Shown here in pieces: positions 38,283 through 51,100 of a stretch of DNA of 64,000 bases (positions are counted from its first letter, which is position 1; the number at the start of each line of letters is the position of its first letter). The stretch comes from Chlorokybus atmophyticus (Eukaryota; Plantae; Mesostigma and Chlorokybus algae). The stretch lies in contig RHPI01001715.1 in the NCBI GenBank assembly GCA_009103225.1, positions 373,819-437,818 on the forward strand, in the 5' to 3' direction. The position numbers and the translations under genes are program-made. Under the pieces are notes generated by a model, which ran no database searches, was not told the origin of the DNA, and worked only from the letters and a program-made list of their open reading frames with translations.

Positions 38283-40002
38283 TGGCTTCATACATATTGC
38301 GCTTGTACATCCCCTCTACTCTTCATTGCCGCTCAACGCAGCAGCTTTAGCGCAGCCTAGCATTACAACAGCCTATTTTGTACAGTGGTTGCAGTCTACG
38401 TCAGCTGGCAGAAATCAATAGCCTTGTGATGGACTATGTACAGTACAACTCCAGTTCTTCGGTCTCATATACAGCTCACAATCACTGCGTGCCAGCTCTG
38501 CACGCGAAGGCCGTGTTAAATTCAAGCAAGCTGTGCACTACCGTGTCATTCATTGGGAATGTAATGGCATTATTTCGGCGGTCATCTTGTGCGTTTCTGA
38601 ACCTGTTGTGTGAGGTGTGGTAGGTGAGCACGACGCGCTATGACCTCACCCGTGTACGCCGCTATTATTTGTCATACGCACGCGCTCGTGTAAGCAGTGC
38701 CATACGCAATACAATCTTCGTGCAGCAGGCTGGAGGTGGGGGTGTGGCTGCATGCATTATGAATGTTGTGTAAACAACTTCTCCCTCATTTTCTCATGTT
38801 CCAATGCGCATGTGGGGTGACCGGCTACTGTTGTCGTTGCTCCTCACCCACGCCTACCTGCCTGATGTTGATGCTGCTGTTTCGCATTGCACATAACTAG
38901 CCTTCGCAACTATGTGCAATGCGATAGAGTCTCGCATGTGCAACTTGGATTGACCTTTGTGTAATTACCGTTTTTGCGTTTTATAAATGCAGTGCATATC
39001 CCATGCTTATGGCTATAAGGGGTATGCACAAGAAGCATATAACATGCTATCATACAATAGGTGCTTATAATACTTGGATAGGATACAACTGTTAGCTGTA
39101 GCAGAGCAGGCGCTAGGCAAGACACAGGCAAAATGTGCAGGCAGAAAAGGCTGCAATGCACGACTGGGGGGCGGGAGAGGTAGGGTGAGAGGTAGGAAGT
39201 AGGTAGCACGTAGGTGCGTGTTAGAGCTCGGTGGTTGCGTGTGTAGTTGTGAGGTGAGTGACTTGCACTCTTCTTATAATGATAATTGAATGCCCCATGC
39301 ATATAATGGCATACGCATATGCTTGTCACATTCATTGTGATACACATGTAAGTCGTATGTACATATGGATTCGTTTTGTACATGTCACGCTCAAAGGGCT
39401 GGCGCAAGTCACTCTATATTCCTTACTTACGTGGTAAGTAAGAGGGACCGAGTGAGGATTCCGCATGCCATGGTGTGTAGCACTTGGCATGTGTGCTTAT
39501 GCGGTCAATCCTTGTCTACTTAGTAGCTAGGGCTATGCTGCACAAGGCACTGTATACCAGCACGCACATGGCTGTTTGGCCATATACTCTGCATGAGTTA
39601 TGGAGTGCTAGTGCGGTGCCACTGGGGCAGCATAGGTGCTGCAAGTGGCAAATCGCAGGTCAGTCATGTGATATGCTAGTATGATGTGTTTGGACAAGCA
39701 CGGGACGGGTTTTTGCATTTTGCAAATACTTGTTCTGTGTTTGAGAATTTGAAATTCGATAATCCCGAGGTTGATGTTATGTGATGGGACAGGTCCTATG
39801 TGGACATTGTCAGCATGTGCTAGAAGGTCAGCACATGGTGACAAGGCCTTGGAAGTGCTGTGTGCCAGATCGGGAGAGCGGCAAGTGGTATAAAAGCTTA
39901 GTAGCAACCTTGAGTAGGGATCACAATGTGTTCACCACTCAAGGGCCACTTGTGTGTGGTGCCTGGTTGTAGCTGTTGAAGGGGCTCTCCCCCTCATCCC
40001 CA

Positions 40003-40034
<32 letters not shown>

Positions 40035-41589
40035 NNNNNNNNNNNNNNNNNNNNNNNNNNNNNNNNNNNNNNNNNNNNNNNNNNNNNGGGGGGGGGGGGG
40101 GGGGGGGGGGGAGCTGTTGGAGGGCTGGCGGTCATCCTCTCCTACCGGACATTGGTGCTGTGTCTCCCCTCCACGAGGTGCTGCACGAGAGTGTGTTGTG
40201 CATGAGTTCTTGTGCTGGTGCATAAGTTGGTGAGGCTCATTATCAAGTGAGTAGTATTGTTACAATACATGTACAAGACGGATGGCAATACCAGAAAATG
40301 ATCATGACACGTTAAACACAAAGCACACATAGCCAACAAGCAGGCTAACACACGCTGTCAGTCGCTAAATGGTGGCACCGGGTGGGGCTATTACGCTATG
40401 CTAGGTGCACTAGCGTAAAGCCTAGAGAGCAAAGACCGAGGAAAGGGTGGAGGAGGGGGTCAAGGCAAGAGTAGAGGACGACTGAATGGCAAAGTTTGCC
40501 ACTACGCGTGGCGGCACATCGATCACTGAAGCCTTGATTGATAAATAGCATGCATAACTCGACCAAACAGGCCCGTGAGGTTTTACCCGTCGTCATGGCT
40601 GTAGTGCGCGACTTACACTTGTATTATTTGCAAGCACAACATAGCATCACACATGCAACCCTACCGTAATAGTAATAGCCGGCTCGTTTGAGTTTGAGAC
40701 TCGTCATGCATGCGGGCAGGAAATCTGTTCCTCGCATAAAACTCATCCATAAACTCAAGTTTATTTACCTGTTTTCTGTACCTTGTCTTCTTCTCACCTT
40801 TAGCCATCGCACAGTCATGTTGTACACATGCATGTATGATGTACCATATGTCATGCATTGCGTGTTCCAGAATTTGCCCCTTAGCTTCTGCATTAAGTGC
40901 TACAAAATATAACCATCTCTGCTCATAATTTTGTATCATGGATGGTAGCATACAGTCGCTTACACAATACCAAATGCTTAGCTCAGCAGACAACTGTAAT
41001 ACAGTCATACAGTCACAGCCATATCAGTCAACCTCAAGAACCCCAATCGACATGTAATTACTTTAAAAATGCCCTGATAGCGCAATTTACCTGCCAATGC
41101 CTGGTGGAACATGCTCCGTCAGTGCCTAGTCACAAAATGGTATTCGGTACTCATGATGTCTTGCAACTCTGTCGCGCACGCACCAACGGCTTGCTCAAGC
41201 AAGTACCACCCCTGCATGCACGCCGACGCCAGACTACCAGGTACGCTGTGTACTTTACCAACATCATCATGACATGCTATGTCCAGATATAGCAAGAGAG
41301 AGCCGGAGTAGTAGGTTTTGCCGTCAAACGGCGGTGCCATTGCATTGATTGGTGCATTCTGCTGACAACCCTAAACTAACTAAGTAAGTTTTCTTGCAAG
41401 TTGTTCGCAGCAGGCAAAAAACGCAGTGCCTGGCGGAAAATATGCTCATCTGAACGAAGCGGTACACTGTGTGACGAGAACGCTGCGCGGTTGCTCTTCT
41501 CCGTGTCTCACCCACCCACACATGCACATACACAGACACATACACGCAGAGAGAAGAAACCCAGCGACAGAAGCACACGGCGTTGGGGA

Positions 41590-42467
41590 ATGGGTGAAGG
41601 CAGGGGCGGCATGATGTTGGGCGCAACATCCGCCAACACGTTGTTCCTGCTGTCGTTGCTGAGCGTAGCAGCCTCCATAGGTAAGTATTTCAGCGCTTCT
41701 GCATGTACGCATACTTGTGTTTGTTCTTTATTCGTTGAGGGAAGGAGTCCATTGTCAGCACACCAGTTTGATGCACACCGCACTACCAACTGCACATCGC
41801 CATGTGTGACATGCTTCCATTGGCTGATGGGCTTGTGTGAACAACATGTGGTGTGTGCAGTGACCGCCCAAGACAGCACGTGGGTGCAAGGGACAGGTAA
41901 TTTGTCGTTACTGCTGCTGCAATTCAAGGACTTGTGAGGACTACATCTCTTTCTCCCAACCACTGACTGTGTGTTGTTCTGCAACGCCACATCTGGTTTT
42001 CAACACCACCTGGCCAACTGGCCACAGACTGGAAACGGTGTGATCACACGCTCAAGTGTGTGTGCGTGTGCGCGCGCACGCGCGAGCGTGTGTGCGCATG
42101 CATGCCCACACACTTTTATGTACAATCGTGCGCTAACCTTGTTTAATGCAGAGTGCGCCAAGAGCCTGCTGTTCCAGCAGTCCCGAGCCCAAGACTACTC
42201 AACGTACAAGCACACCACAATCCAGGCCATCCCCGCGCAAGATGCCGTGCAGGTGTGTTGCTTTTGCTGCTGCTGCTGCTGCTGCTGCTAATGTTGTTTC
42301 CACATGAACGCCGCACACATTACCACACTTCGCTTATCGTCACAGCGTGTGTTGATACCACATGTATCTGGGTCAGGGGCCTGGCGCTCCACGGCCCGTC
42401 ACGCTCTACACCGCGTCTCCCAACAGCCTCCAGAAACGCATCTACCAAGTGACCGTCATCGGAGGTA

Positions 42468-42527
<60 letters not shown>

Positions 42528-44227
42528 GTTGATGCTGAATTGGGAATGGTCGCATTGCCATATGGTGACCCTTCAACTAGCCAAACAGCGACACAGTGTG
42601 CGTGCATGGGTGCCTGCGCGCGTGCGCGTGCGCGCGAGCATTTGCGCGCATGCGTCTGTTTGTTTGCATGTGCGTGTACGTGCACGTGCGTGGGCGCGTG
42701 TGTGCGTGTGTGCATGTACACACGCGTGTCTCTGTCCCCAGACGAGTTCTTCTGGTGCGAGAACACTGGCAACACGAGCGACCGCTTCCAGGACGCGTGG
42801 CACTTCTATTCCGGAAGCGTCTCGGCCGGGGATGTCACTCCCACCACGGCCGGGCGCCTGTCCCCCGCTGTCTACTTCACCTATTCACGATGGGACTACC
42901 CAGAGAGCGTGCTGTTTGCAGTCGACAACTCCGCTGAGAAAGAAGGTGAGTTAGGGAGCATTGTGTCTCTAGTTGCATGTACACGCACACGTGTACTCGC
43001 GCGCACACGCACAGTTGTGTTTCTCACTTCCCCTGCCTGCAGGTGCCGTGGGCAAGCGCTACGTCATCACGACGGGCGACCTTGACGGAATCAAAGTGGT
43101 GGCCAACTGGTTCCCTGACAAGGTGAAGCTGCTGGACAATAGCGGCGTCGTTAGGATCGACACAACAGGTGAGACAAGGGTTGACGTGTGCACGTGCTTG
43201 CACGCTTGAGACTTCTCTCTCGTTCAGCCATTACACACCGCACGGACGTGTGTGTCCCGTGCACACGCACACTCTACTCACCTCATCCATGTTCGCAGTC
43301 ACACCTGTCATGCTGTATTTTACGGATCGCACGCTGAACACGTCTTCGGGCGTGTACCACAAGTCCATCGAGCGTGCACCGTTGTACGGCAACAGGACGA
43401 GGTTGGGTGGTGTGCAGACGATCTACAAAGGCGTGGAGCACGGGTACGAGCCCATAGAGCAGATGCAGCTGGACACCGTCAACCGACGCCTTTTCGTCCT
43501 CCACATCAACTACAACAGGCAACGCTCACAACTCGCCGTACACGACATATCAGTCAACCCACCAACACTCGTCTTCAAGCGACCCATCAATCACGACTAC
43601 GTCAAGTACTTCAAGATCGACGTGTACTCATGTGAGTATACGTGGTCGTGTCTCAGCTTGTGGGTCTTTGGCCTCTGCTGCAGAAAGACTGCATCATGTG
43701 TGCGTGGACATATGCGTCCATGCTGGCGCGAATGTGGTTGTTATGCGTGCTGCCAGTCACATACTTACACCCACTCCATTGTCACAACAGCACCCCCCGT
43801 GCTGTACGCGCTGGTCCTTGGGCAATCGCTCTACAAGGCCCATCTTGTCGCGCTTGACGGGTGAGTAAGTTGCTTTAATACTTTGATGTTGCCTTGATAC
43901 CGACACGTGTCTGAACCCACAGCACCGACATGGGGGCGAGCAATGATACTATTATCGTGGGACCCAAGCTGCAGATCGCGTACGCATCGCTTAACTACTT
44001 CAACGTGTACTCCAACTTCGACATTTACTACGGTACATACACACGCACGCACACACACACACAGAAGCTTGCACACGCATGCACGCACGCACTTGTTGGT
44101 TTATGTGCATAGGTTGCCATGTGCACGCTTTGCAATAAGTTGTTGGTCACATAACCAGTCATCTGTTGTGTGCGATATTGCAGACCCTGAGTGCGTGGCG
44201 GCGTTGGCGCCGGCGACAAGTGAGTAA
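41590..44227 (+). CDS. Predicted secreted protein with beta-propeller-like (YWTD/LY-like) repeats; 3' end uncertain
   Basis: Signal-peptide-like TLFLLSLLSVAASI; at least nine GT-AG exons in TG-rich introns splice in frame; MLYFTDRTLN...SIERAPLYGNRTR...PIEQMQLDTVNRRLFVLH. Confidence 0.65.
42472..42526. repeat. (CT)n microsatellite in an intron
   Basis: About 26 uninterrupted CT units. Confidence 0.95.
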
Positions 44228-47200
44228 TGTGGGTGCTAAGCTGAAGGTAGTTACAAAACAGTGATGAGTACACAACAGTTAACCAATACAACACAAATAT
44301 CAGTTGAAGATGAAAGAGATGATAAAATGCCCACTGGTAGGGCAATTTTGTACCGGCCTTGGTCGATGGGATGTTTGATGTTGAGAGCCCGTTTTTTTTT
44401 TTCCAGCCCTTTTCCTTGCTGCATGCTTGCTTGCGTGCGCGCGTGTATTTTGATGTGTTGTAGTGTACGCATGTGCACACGAGGGGCTGAAACATGGTCG
44501 GTGTAAGCATGCATTTGCGATTGCGTGCGTTGGTCATGCTCAATGCATGTTATTTTGCACGGGCATCCCCCAAGGACTGTTATCGTTGCAAACTAATTAC
44601 TTGTCTTTCGTTGCATCTCACACATCGGGGGGTTGAGCGAGTTAGCAAGTGTGCGAGCTACAAATTGTAGTGTATCAACAGACATGTATCAACTGACATT
44701 GTGGCAAACCACGCCATAATGGCGACCTTATAAATATCAACTTAGGCACAGTCCCTCGTTATATAAATCACGTGTATCTTTCAGCTTTTTGTTCCACTAA
44801 CGGGGTTATCCTCTTAGAGCTTATGAGAATAAATATTCTTTTCTTATTTACATAACATATATTTCACTAATAGGGGTATTGCGTAATAACCCTAAGCCAC
44901 GTCATCATATGCTGACGTGGCAGAAATGAACCTAACAAATAGTCAACACCAAACATATTATGTGCAAAATCATAAATGAGTTATATAACATGTTTATGCT
45001 AATAACAATAGAATAAGCAGGCCGTTAACGGTACTCCCCCGTTACAAGACCAAGCCCACTGAAACTTTCAAGCCTTTGCTTTGGTCTTATTACGTACAAG
45101 ACTATTCCACTAACCGATGACATTTGCCTGTAAAACCATCGGTCTTTTACATATCTATGATCTTAACGGGGTGATTCTCTTAAACCGAAGTCTTTTAATG
45201 TGGGTAGACTGTATATTGGTCTTAGTTATGGTGCGATTGTGCACTACTTAATGTAAGGTTTGAGTAGTGTAGCAAGTACCATACATGTTACGTTTAGTGC
45301 AACAAGTATCATAACAAGTGGTCCATAGCTGATACATTGACATGTTTTAATTAAAGTCGCATGTCATTGCATGCCACAATAAGCTTTCTATTTTTTGTTA
45401 CGCCGCTACTCTACACGTGATGTTCGTCGCGCACGTGTGCATGCTACGATTGAAAGGAGGCCAAGGCATCACCTTATTCATGTGCGAGGTTCAAAGGGTG
45501 GTGTGAAACGCTCTCTAGCTCACACGCGCATAGCAATGGCACCGCCTATGTAGATGCGGCCGTACGTTGCAAGCAAGCAAGCAACCATGCAGACAGGCGC
45601 AGCCGAGTTGAGCCAAGCTTGCTGCGCGGCAGCAGGATCCTTCACAACCACATGCCGTGCAAGCGGCTGTGCTGGTGGGGTCACGTGTGTGGTCCAAGGT
45701 CGAGGGTTATTATAGCAGCCACACGCAATGCTATGGAGGAGGTACTGCGTAAGTGCGCGCAATACCAACGACGGCGCCGTCGATGATAGCACGCGTCACC
45801 ATTGACTCGACTGGGCACCTTGTCCACAAACTTATTAACCCCACCGTAGGGTTATTGATTACAATGGTGACCATAATATTAAGTATGAATCATTGTGGCA
45901 AGTCGATGTAAAAGCCAATTGCTTGCCGAACGGTACCAAACTCGGCAATATGCGCTCGCAACCATTGATTGAACCATCATAGCCGCGGCTAGTCAGCGGA
46001 ACATTGCCTTTCGCATTGTCATGCTAATGTAGTTCATGGTCAAGCCCGCGACGTTGATAGTTATAAATATGCGATTATTAAGTTTGTGGAGTAAGTGCCA
46101 AATTGATTCAATGAACGCGATTGCCGGCATTGTGCGCACTTACGTGCGGAGAATCTTTTGAATGACACTGCATGTTGCTGCCATAAACCTGGATTGGCTT
46201 GGCTTGGCCCACATCATAACAAGGCTTTATAATTTTTAGAGGAGACAATGTCTTTTACGCGTTTTCAATGTAGGTTTGATATGTCCACGACAAACAGAGT
46301 TTATATGGACTCCTATACCACTTTGTCATCGTTACAACCAAACGTGGGAAATTTGTCCAAGTATCGTTTCATAAGCACGATATTTGGCCTACATGTGTCG
46401 CCGGCTGTGAGAGAGGGCGCCCTCTCTCCGACCCAATGTGTAAGGGCCTCATGATTATGCTTTGAAGCAGCAGCCTGGTCGCAGTGCAAAACCCCTGTGC
46501 CAGGCTCCGCTGCTGCCATGACGCCATCTTTTCATCCTCCTCATCTTGTCGCAGCCTCCGCTCTGTTTCGGCTGAGCTTGCATGCATGCATCAATGCCAA
46601 AAAACTTGATATGTATGATTGCCAACCACATGCAATGCACATGTTATGCGGCGCATAACATGCATGCATACATTGACACAAGTTAAATGTATCCGGCAGG
46701 TACTGGACCTACTATTATGGCAAAACTTATGAAGTTGATTATTCTTATCTGCGCGTTTCTTAGCTCAATTAAAAAAAAGGGGCTGCAGTGGATCGCCAAC
46801 ACATCCAACCGTGCTTATATCTCATGCTTAGATTAGCACGACCACCTGACTGACCATGACATTTGAACAGCTCGTGCTGGCCCCCCTGTAGAGGGGCGTC
46901 AGCACAAGCTTCATTAAAAGGGCTCCCGGCGCCGACGCCCTGAGGTGTGTTTTTTTTTGTTTCAACCTGTGACTCCAAGCAATGCCAGGTCTGAGCAAGC
47001 TGTCGCTGACTCCTTCAAGTGGAGCTGCTGTAATTGTCATTGCATAAAGCCACTATATCAAGCATGCCGTAAGCTTGACATAGCAATCTATGCAACTGTT
47101 ATCCTTTCGTTAAAGTTGATGTCCACGACATACAGACAGGGCAACCTTTGCAGCCTTTGCAGTAACATGGTTGTATATTGTGCAGCATTCTCGCTCACTA

Positions 47201-47949
47201 TGCGCTTACTTGCGAGTCTCAAGCTTGCACTTGGTTGGTGTAGTGTTGTTGCAAACTTTGCGAGCTTGCAGGGGATAGCAGATGGACGGCCCACAGCCAT
47301 ATTTATGGCAACAAGAGTCTAAACGCTTCTATGCATACAATCACAGGTGAGCTCAGCAATGCCTCCTACGCTAGTTTTGTGGCAACAAGAGACTTAACGC
47401 TTATATGCATACATACCTGTGAACTCAGCAGTGCCGCTTTTACTTGCGTTGCTTGCTTATGTGCAATGTTTCTGCAGTTGCTGTACTCGCAGCGTTGCAA
47501 TTGCACAGTTTGCTAGCGCATTGGCTGCATCTTGCAAGCACTGCAATTGCACCAGGTACATCACGATCTCTGCTTTCATGTGCTATATGGTGATATCCCT
47601 GTGAGTGTTGGTTGGACAGCTTCACCACATGGAGCAAGCGCCTAGTAGCATTGTCGTCATTATCTGCTGACAAACACATTGCTTTGTACACAGCTGCAGG
47701 ATCAGGCCCGCTCCCGTCCACACATGCTATAAAAAAGCCAACAACTTGTCTACTGATCTGATCTGCTGGTCTACAACTAGCGTGGCTGGTCACTAAATTT
47801 AACTTGTTGACATGTGCTAATCTTATCCGCTTGGCTGGTCGATTGGTCTGTGCAGTTAATCGGCTGACTTGGTCGACTGATCTGGTCAGATTGCTGTTCT
47901 GCACTAGTGTGCCCTGGTCCGGCGGGTCCGCAACTGTTCTGCTTTGATC

Positions 47950-48467
47950 TGTAAATGTAATGATGTGCAGCGAAGTGCAGAGCTGGAGCTGGCGCTACTG
48001 ATTTGGCTAGCTAGAGTAATAGTTGTTGACAGGGCGCGCAGTTCACCATGTTGTTTTTCATGCATTGACCTTGTTGTCCCAGAAGGTGCAATACCCCTGT
48101 GGGAAACACCTTCAATACCTTATATACAGCGCGCCCGATGAAGGTGTTGAGGGTGTCATGTGTGGCCGCCATGCAGTAGACAAAGTCTCCTGGCTAGAAG
48201 CGGTGTTCTTGCTCTTTGTAGAAACCGCTGCGCACACGCTCGTAGTAAAGCGTGTCGCGGTGCTAAGCAATGCGCCGGGTGCTGAAGGCCATGGGAACAC
48301 TGTGTTCAAACAGCGCGCTGCGCATTGTTAGGTCATACAGCATCTAGTCGGGGTTGTCGAGATTGTCCCCCACTCTGTCGACCTCCTGCTGTGCGCGGAA
48401 AGGGAGCAATGGCTGCCTTCCAAACAGCAAATAGTATGGGCTGTACTCCCGCAGTGCTGCCTGCTTA
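47950..48467 (-). pseudogene. Integrase C-terminal remnant of the gypsy element
   Basis: YSPYYLLFGRQPLLP followed by EHRF*PGDFVY...KVLKVFPTGVLHLLG, typical of the post-core integrase region. Confidence 0.7.
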
Positions 48468-48499
48468 GACGGTGCACCCCGACAAGTGCACCTTCTGTA

Positions 48500-49200
48500 C
48501 TTGTGGGTACAGAAGGTGCACTTGTCGGGGTGCACCGTCATCCCTACTTCCTTCATGCTCTGTAGCATTTTCTCAATGTGTCTGAGATGCTCCTCATTGC
48601 TGCGACTGAAGATGAGGATGTTGTCGATGTAGCAGCGTGCGAAGTCCAATCCCTTGAGGGCTTTGTCCATGACGTGCTAGAAGATGGCAGGAGCATTCTT
48701 CAATCTGAGAGGCATGACCTTCCACTGGTACAGCTGCCGGTTGCCCCAGAAGAAGGTCTTGTGCTTGTCCTCCTCTTTAATGGCAATCTGGTTGTACCCT
48801 TGGCGCATGTCTTGTATATAGGAGACTGTACAGTCTACTACATCATCAACGATACCTTTTGCAGTAGGCATTGAGTACCTGTCTTGCTTGGTTTTGTTGT
48901 TGAGGGGGCGATAATCACCGCACATACGCCGGTCTGTCCGGTTGCCTGCTGAATCCTTCTACAGGGGCATGACGGTCGCGGCCGCAAAGTCCAATGTGGA
49001 TTGCTCAATCAGGCCTGCATCTAACAGAGCCTTGCACCTCTACTCCACCAAGTCTTACAACTTGGAGAGTCGGTATAAACGTCGGAATACCGGGTCGGTG
49101 TCCACCGACCCGACGTCCATCTAATAAACTGAGCAGATGCCCAGTTTCTCATGCTCAAGCCAGAATGGCTCCTCCACCTGTTGAGGAGAGCCTCAAGTTG
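48500..49200 (-). pseudogene. Ty3/gypsy reverse transcriptase (inactivated)
   Basis: LLDAGLIEQS..FAAATVMP, RRMCGDYRPLN..TKQDRYSMP, DMRQGYNQIAIKEEDKHKTFF, QWKVMPLRLKNAPAIF, CYIDNILIFS (catalytic YIDD changed to YIDN), HPDKCTF. Confidence 0.93.
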
Positions 49201-49439
49201 TTCTCGTGTTTGGCCGGTAGCCAGTGGTCCAATGGCACGGGACCAGGAGGTAGCGATTGGCAACCACTGCAATGTCCTCCACAGTGATTGCTGCCTGCTC
49301 CTCCATGTGGGCGATCTCGAGGGCGGTGTGTGCTACTTTGACCTCTTGAACGCGATCAGCCCCCCCCCCCGCTAAGTGTTTGAGCTCTTGAAAGGACACA
49401 TGGCGGTCCTGGAGAGCAAAGCACAACTCCAACAACTAC

Positions 49440-50370
49440 ACCATGCTGTTCTAATCCATGGCGCGCCCCAACAACTGACACTGCTGACTGTCGGTCAGCA
49501 TGGAATTTGTGATACTGCCTGGAGAGGATCCCATGGCGCGTTGCGTTCACGAGCGTTGGGTTCCTCCAATCGGCCTGTGTTGAAATCCAACACCATGCCG
49601 TCACTTTTGTTACGGAGGCATACGGTCCCGGATAAGACACTAGAGTGGGGAGCGCACGGCGTCGTTGACAATGCTGATTGCACTGGTCGAAGTGCTGATG
49701 ATCGTGTCGCGTGACCAGTTGCTGTGCGCCCAAGGTCGAAGATAGCGGCGATGTCGCGTGGACGACCGTTGTGCAGATTTTCAGCAGTAAAGAGATCCTC
49801 GACTGTAGCCAGGTTCGTCCACTTGATGCGGACGCGATGAGCGCGGGATTCATGACGCGCTATGCTTTAAGGAGGATGCCTTAGCAAGGAACACACCTGT
49901 TGAAAGTTGTTGGCCACGATGATGACGCTTATCGTTCTCGGAGTGCACGTTCTCGATGATGTATCACAGAGGCCTCGAAATCTAGTTGCTCTGCAGAAGG
50001 GTGATGACGCGCATCAGCTCCCAAAACAGTTGCGAGAAAGGATCAGAGAGTCCTTGGCCTCTGCCTGCTCTGGAGTGTTCTTGACACTCCCATTCTGCCA
50101 TCAGCAGGTCAATGTTGCCCACCGCCAGAAGGTAATCCGCAGTGATTAAACGGATGTCCTGTGGTGCCTTCAGACTGTCTTGCAGTGCTAATAGTGGCAG
50201 CTGCTGCTGGTAGCATTTTTGTAGATGGCGCAAGTAGTGGCCCAGGGCGATCTGTGCATGTGGATCAAGGTCACAGTAGAGGTACTTGGTGACCGTAACG
50301 CCGGTGTTGAGGACAGCGGCGAGGCCACTACCTACATCTCCAAACAGTTTCAACACGGTGATGCCTTGTT
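49440..50370 (-). pseudogene. C5-cytosine DNA methyltransferase domain embedded in gypsy pol (disrupted)
   Basis: Motif I TVLKLFGDVGSGLAA (~50365-50320); motif IV DLLMAEWECQEHSRAGRGQGLSDP (~50110-50040); motif VI YIIENV (~49963-49946); motif VIII RAHRVRIKWTNL (~49845-49810); motif IX EEPN..ERQRAMG; motif X QCQLLGRAMD*N (~49490-49445). The motifs are in canonical order. Confidence 0.88.
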
Positions 50371-50699
50371 GTCGGCGAAAAACGTGGAACTTCACTACTC
50401 CGGTGGCCACCTGGTATTGCTCTTGGACTGCAGCTTGGTCTTTGTACAGAGGGAACTGTGCAGTGAGCTGTGATTGGTCAATGTGTGCGACCACTTGTGC
50501 GCGCCAACGGCGTTCAGATGGTTTCTGTTGGGCCACTTCTTCAATGGCATCCTTTTGGGACTCATCATATGGGATAGGAGAGTCCTGGCCAGGGTTGTGG
50601 GTGACTACCGCTGCTGACCTGTCAGTGGTTATCAAAGCCGACCTGTAGGTGGCTGTTGCAACTGACCTTTGTTAAGAGCGAGTGCGAGACACCAGCTTG

Positions 50700-51100
50700 A
50701 GAGGCAGGTATCCTTGCACCCCTCCATCCTCCTCATCCAAATGGGGACGAAACCATGCCTTCTCTGTCCAGCAGTCCAACCCCATGCCGACAGGAAACTT
50801 GAACTCCTGTCCCAGCAGCAGGTCGAAGAATCCCGCATCGGTGACCACACACTTTTGTATGACCTCGGTGTTGTGGGAAGGGTCCAACCCTGTCAAGCGC
50901 ATGCAGAGGGCATGCTTGGTGATGCCAATCTTGTCACGGCTGCCGGTTGCTGTGTCGAGCACGTATGGGCAGGGCATCAGCTCAGCGCTGGTGATGCCGA
51001 GGTCGCGTGCGAGGTAACGTCCGATGATGATAAGCTGAGCTCCAGAGTCCAGCATCACGCGCTGGGTGCTCGACCATAAATGGTAACATGCTTGCCTTTG
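50700..51100 (-). pseudogene. Retropepsin aspartic protease of the gypsy element
   Basis: RVMLDSGAQLIIIG (DSG catalytic motif) and downstream FDLLLGQEF in ORF 50672..51391. Confidence 0.85.
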
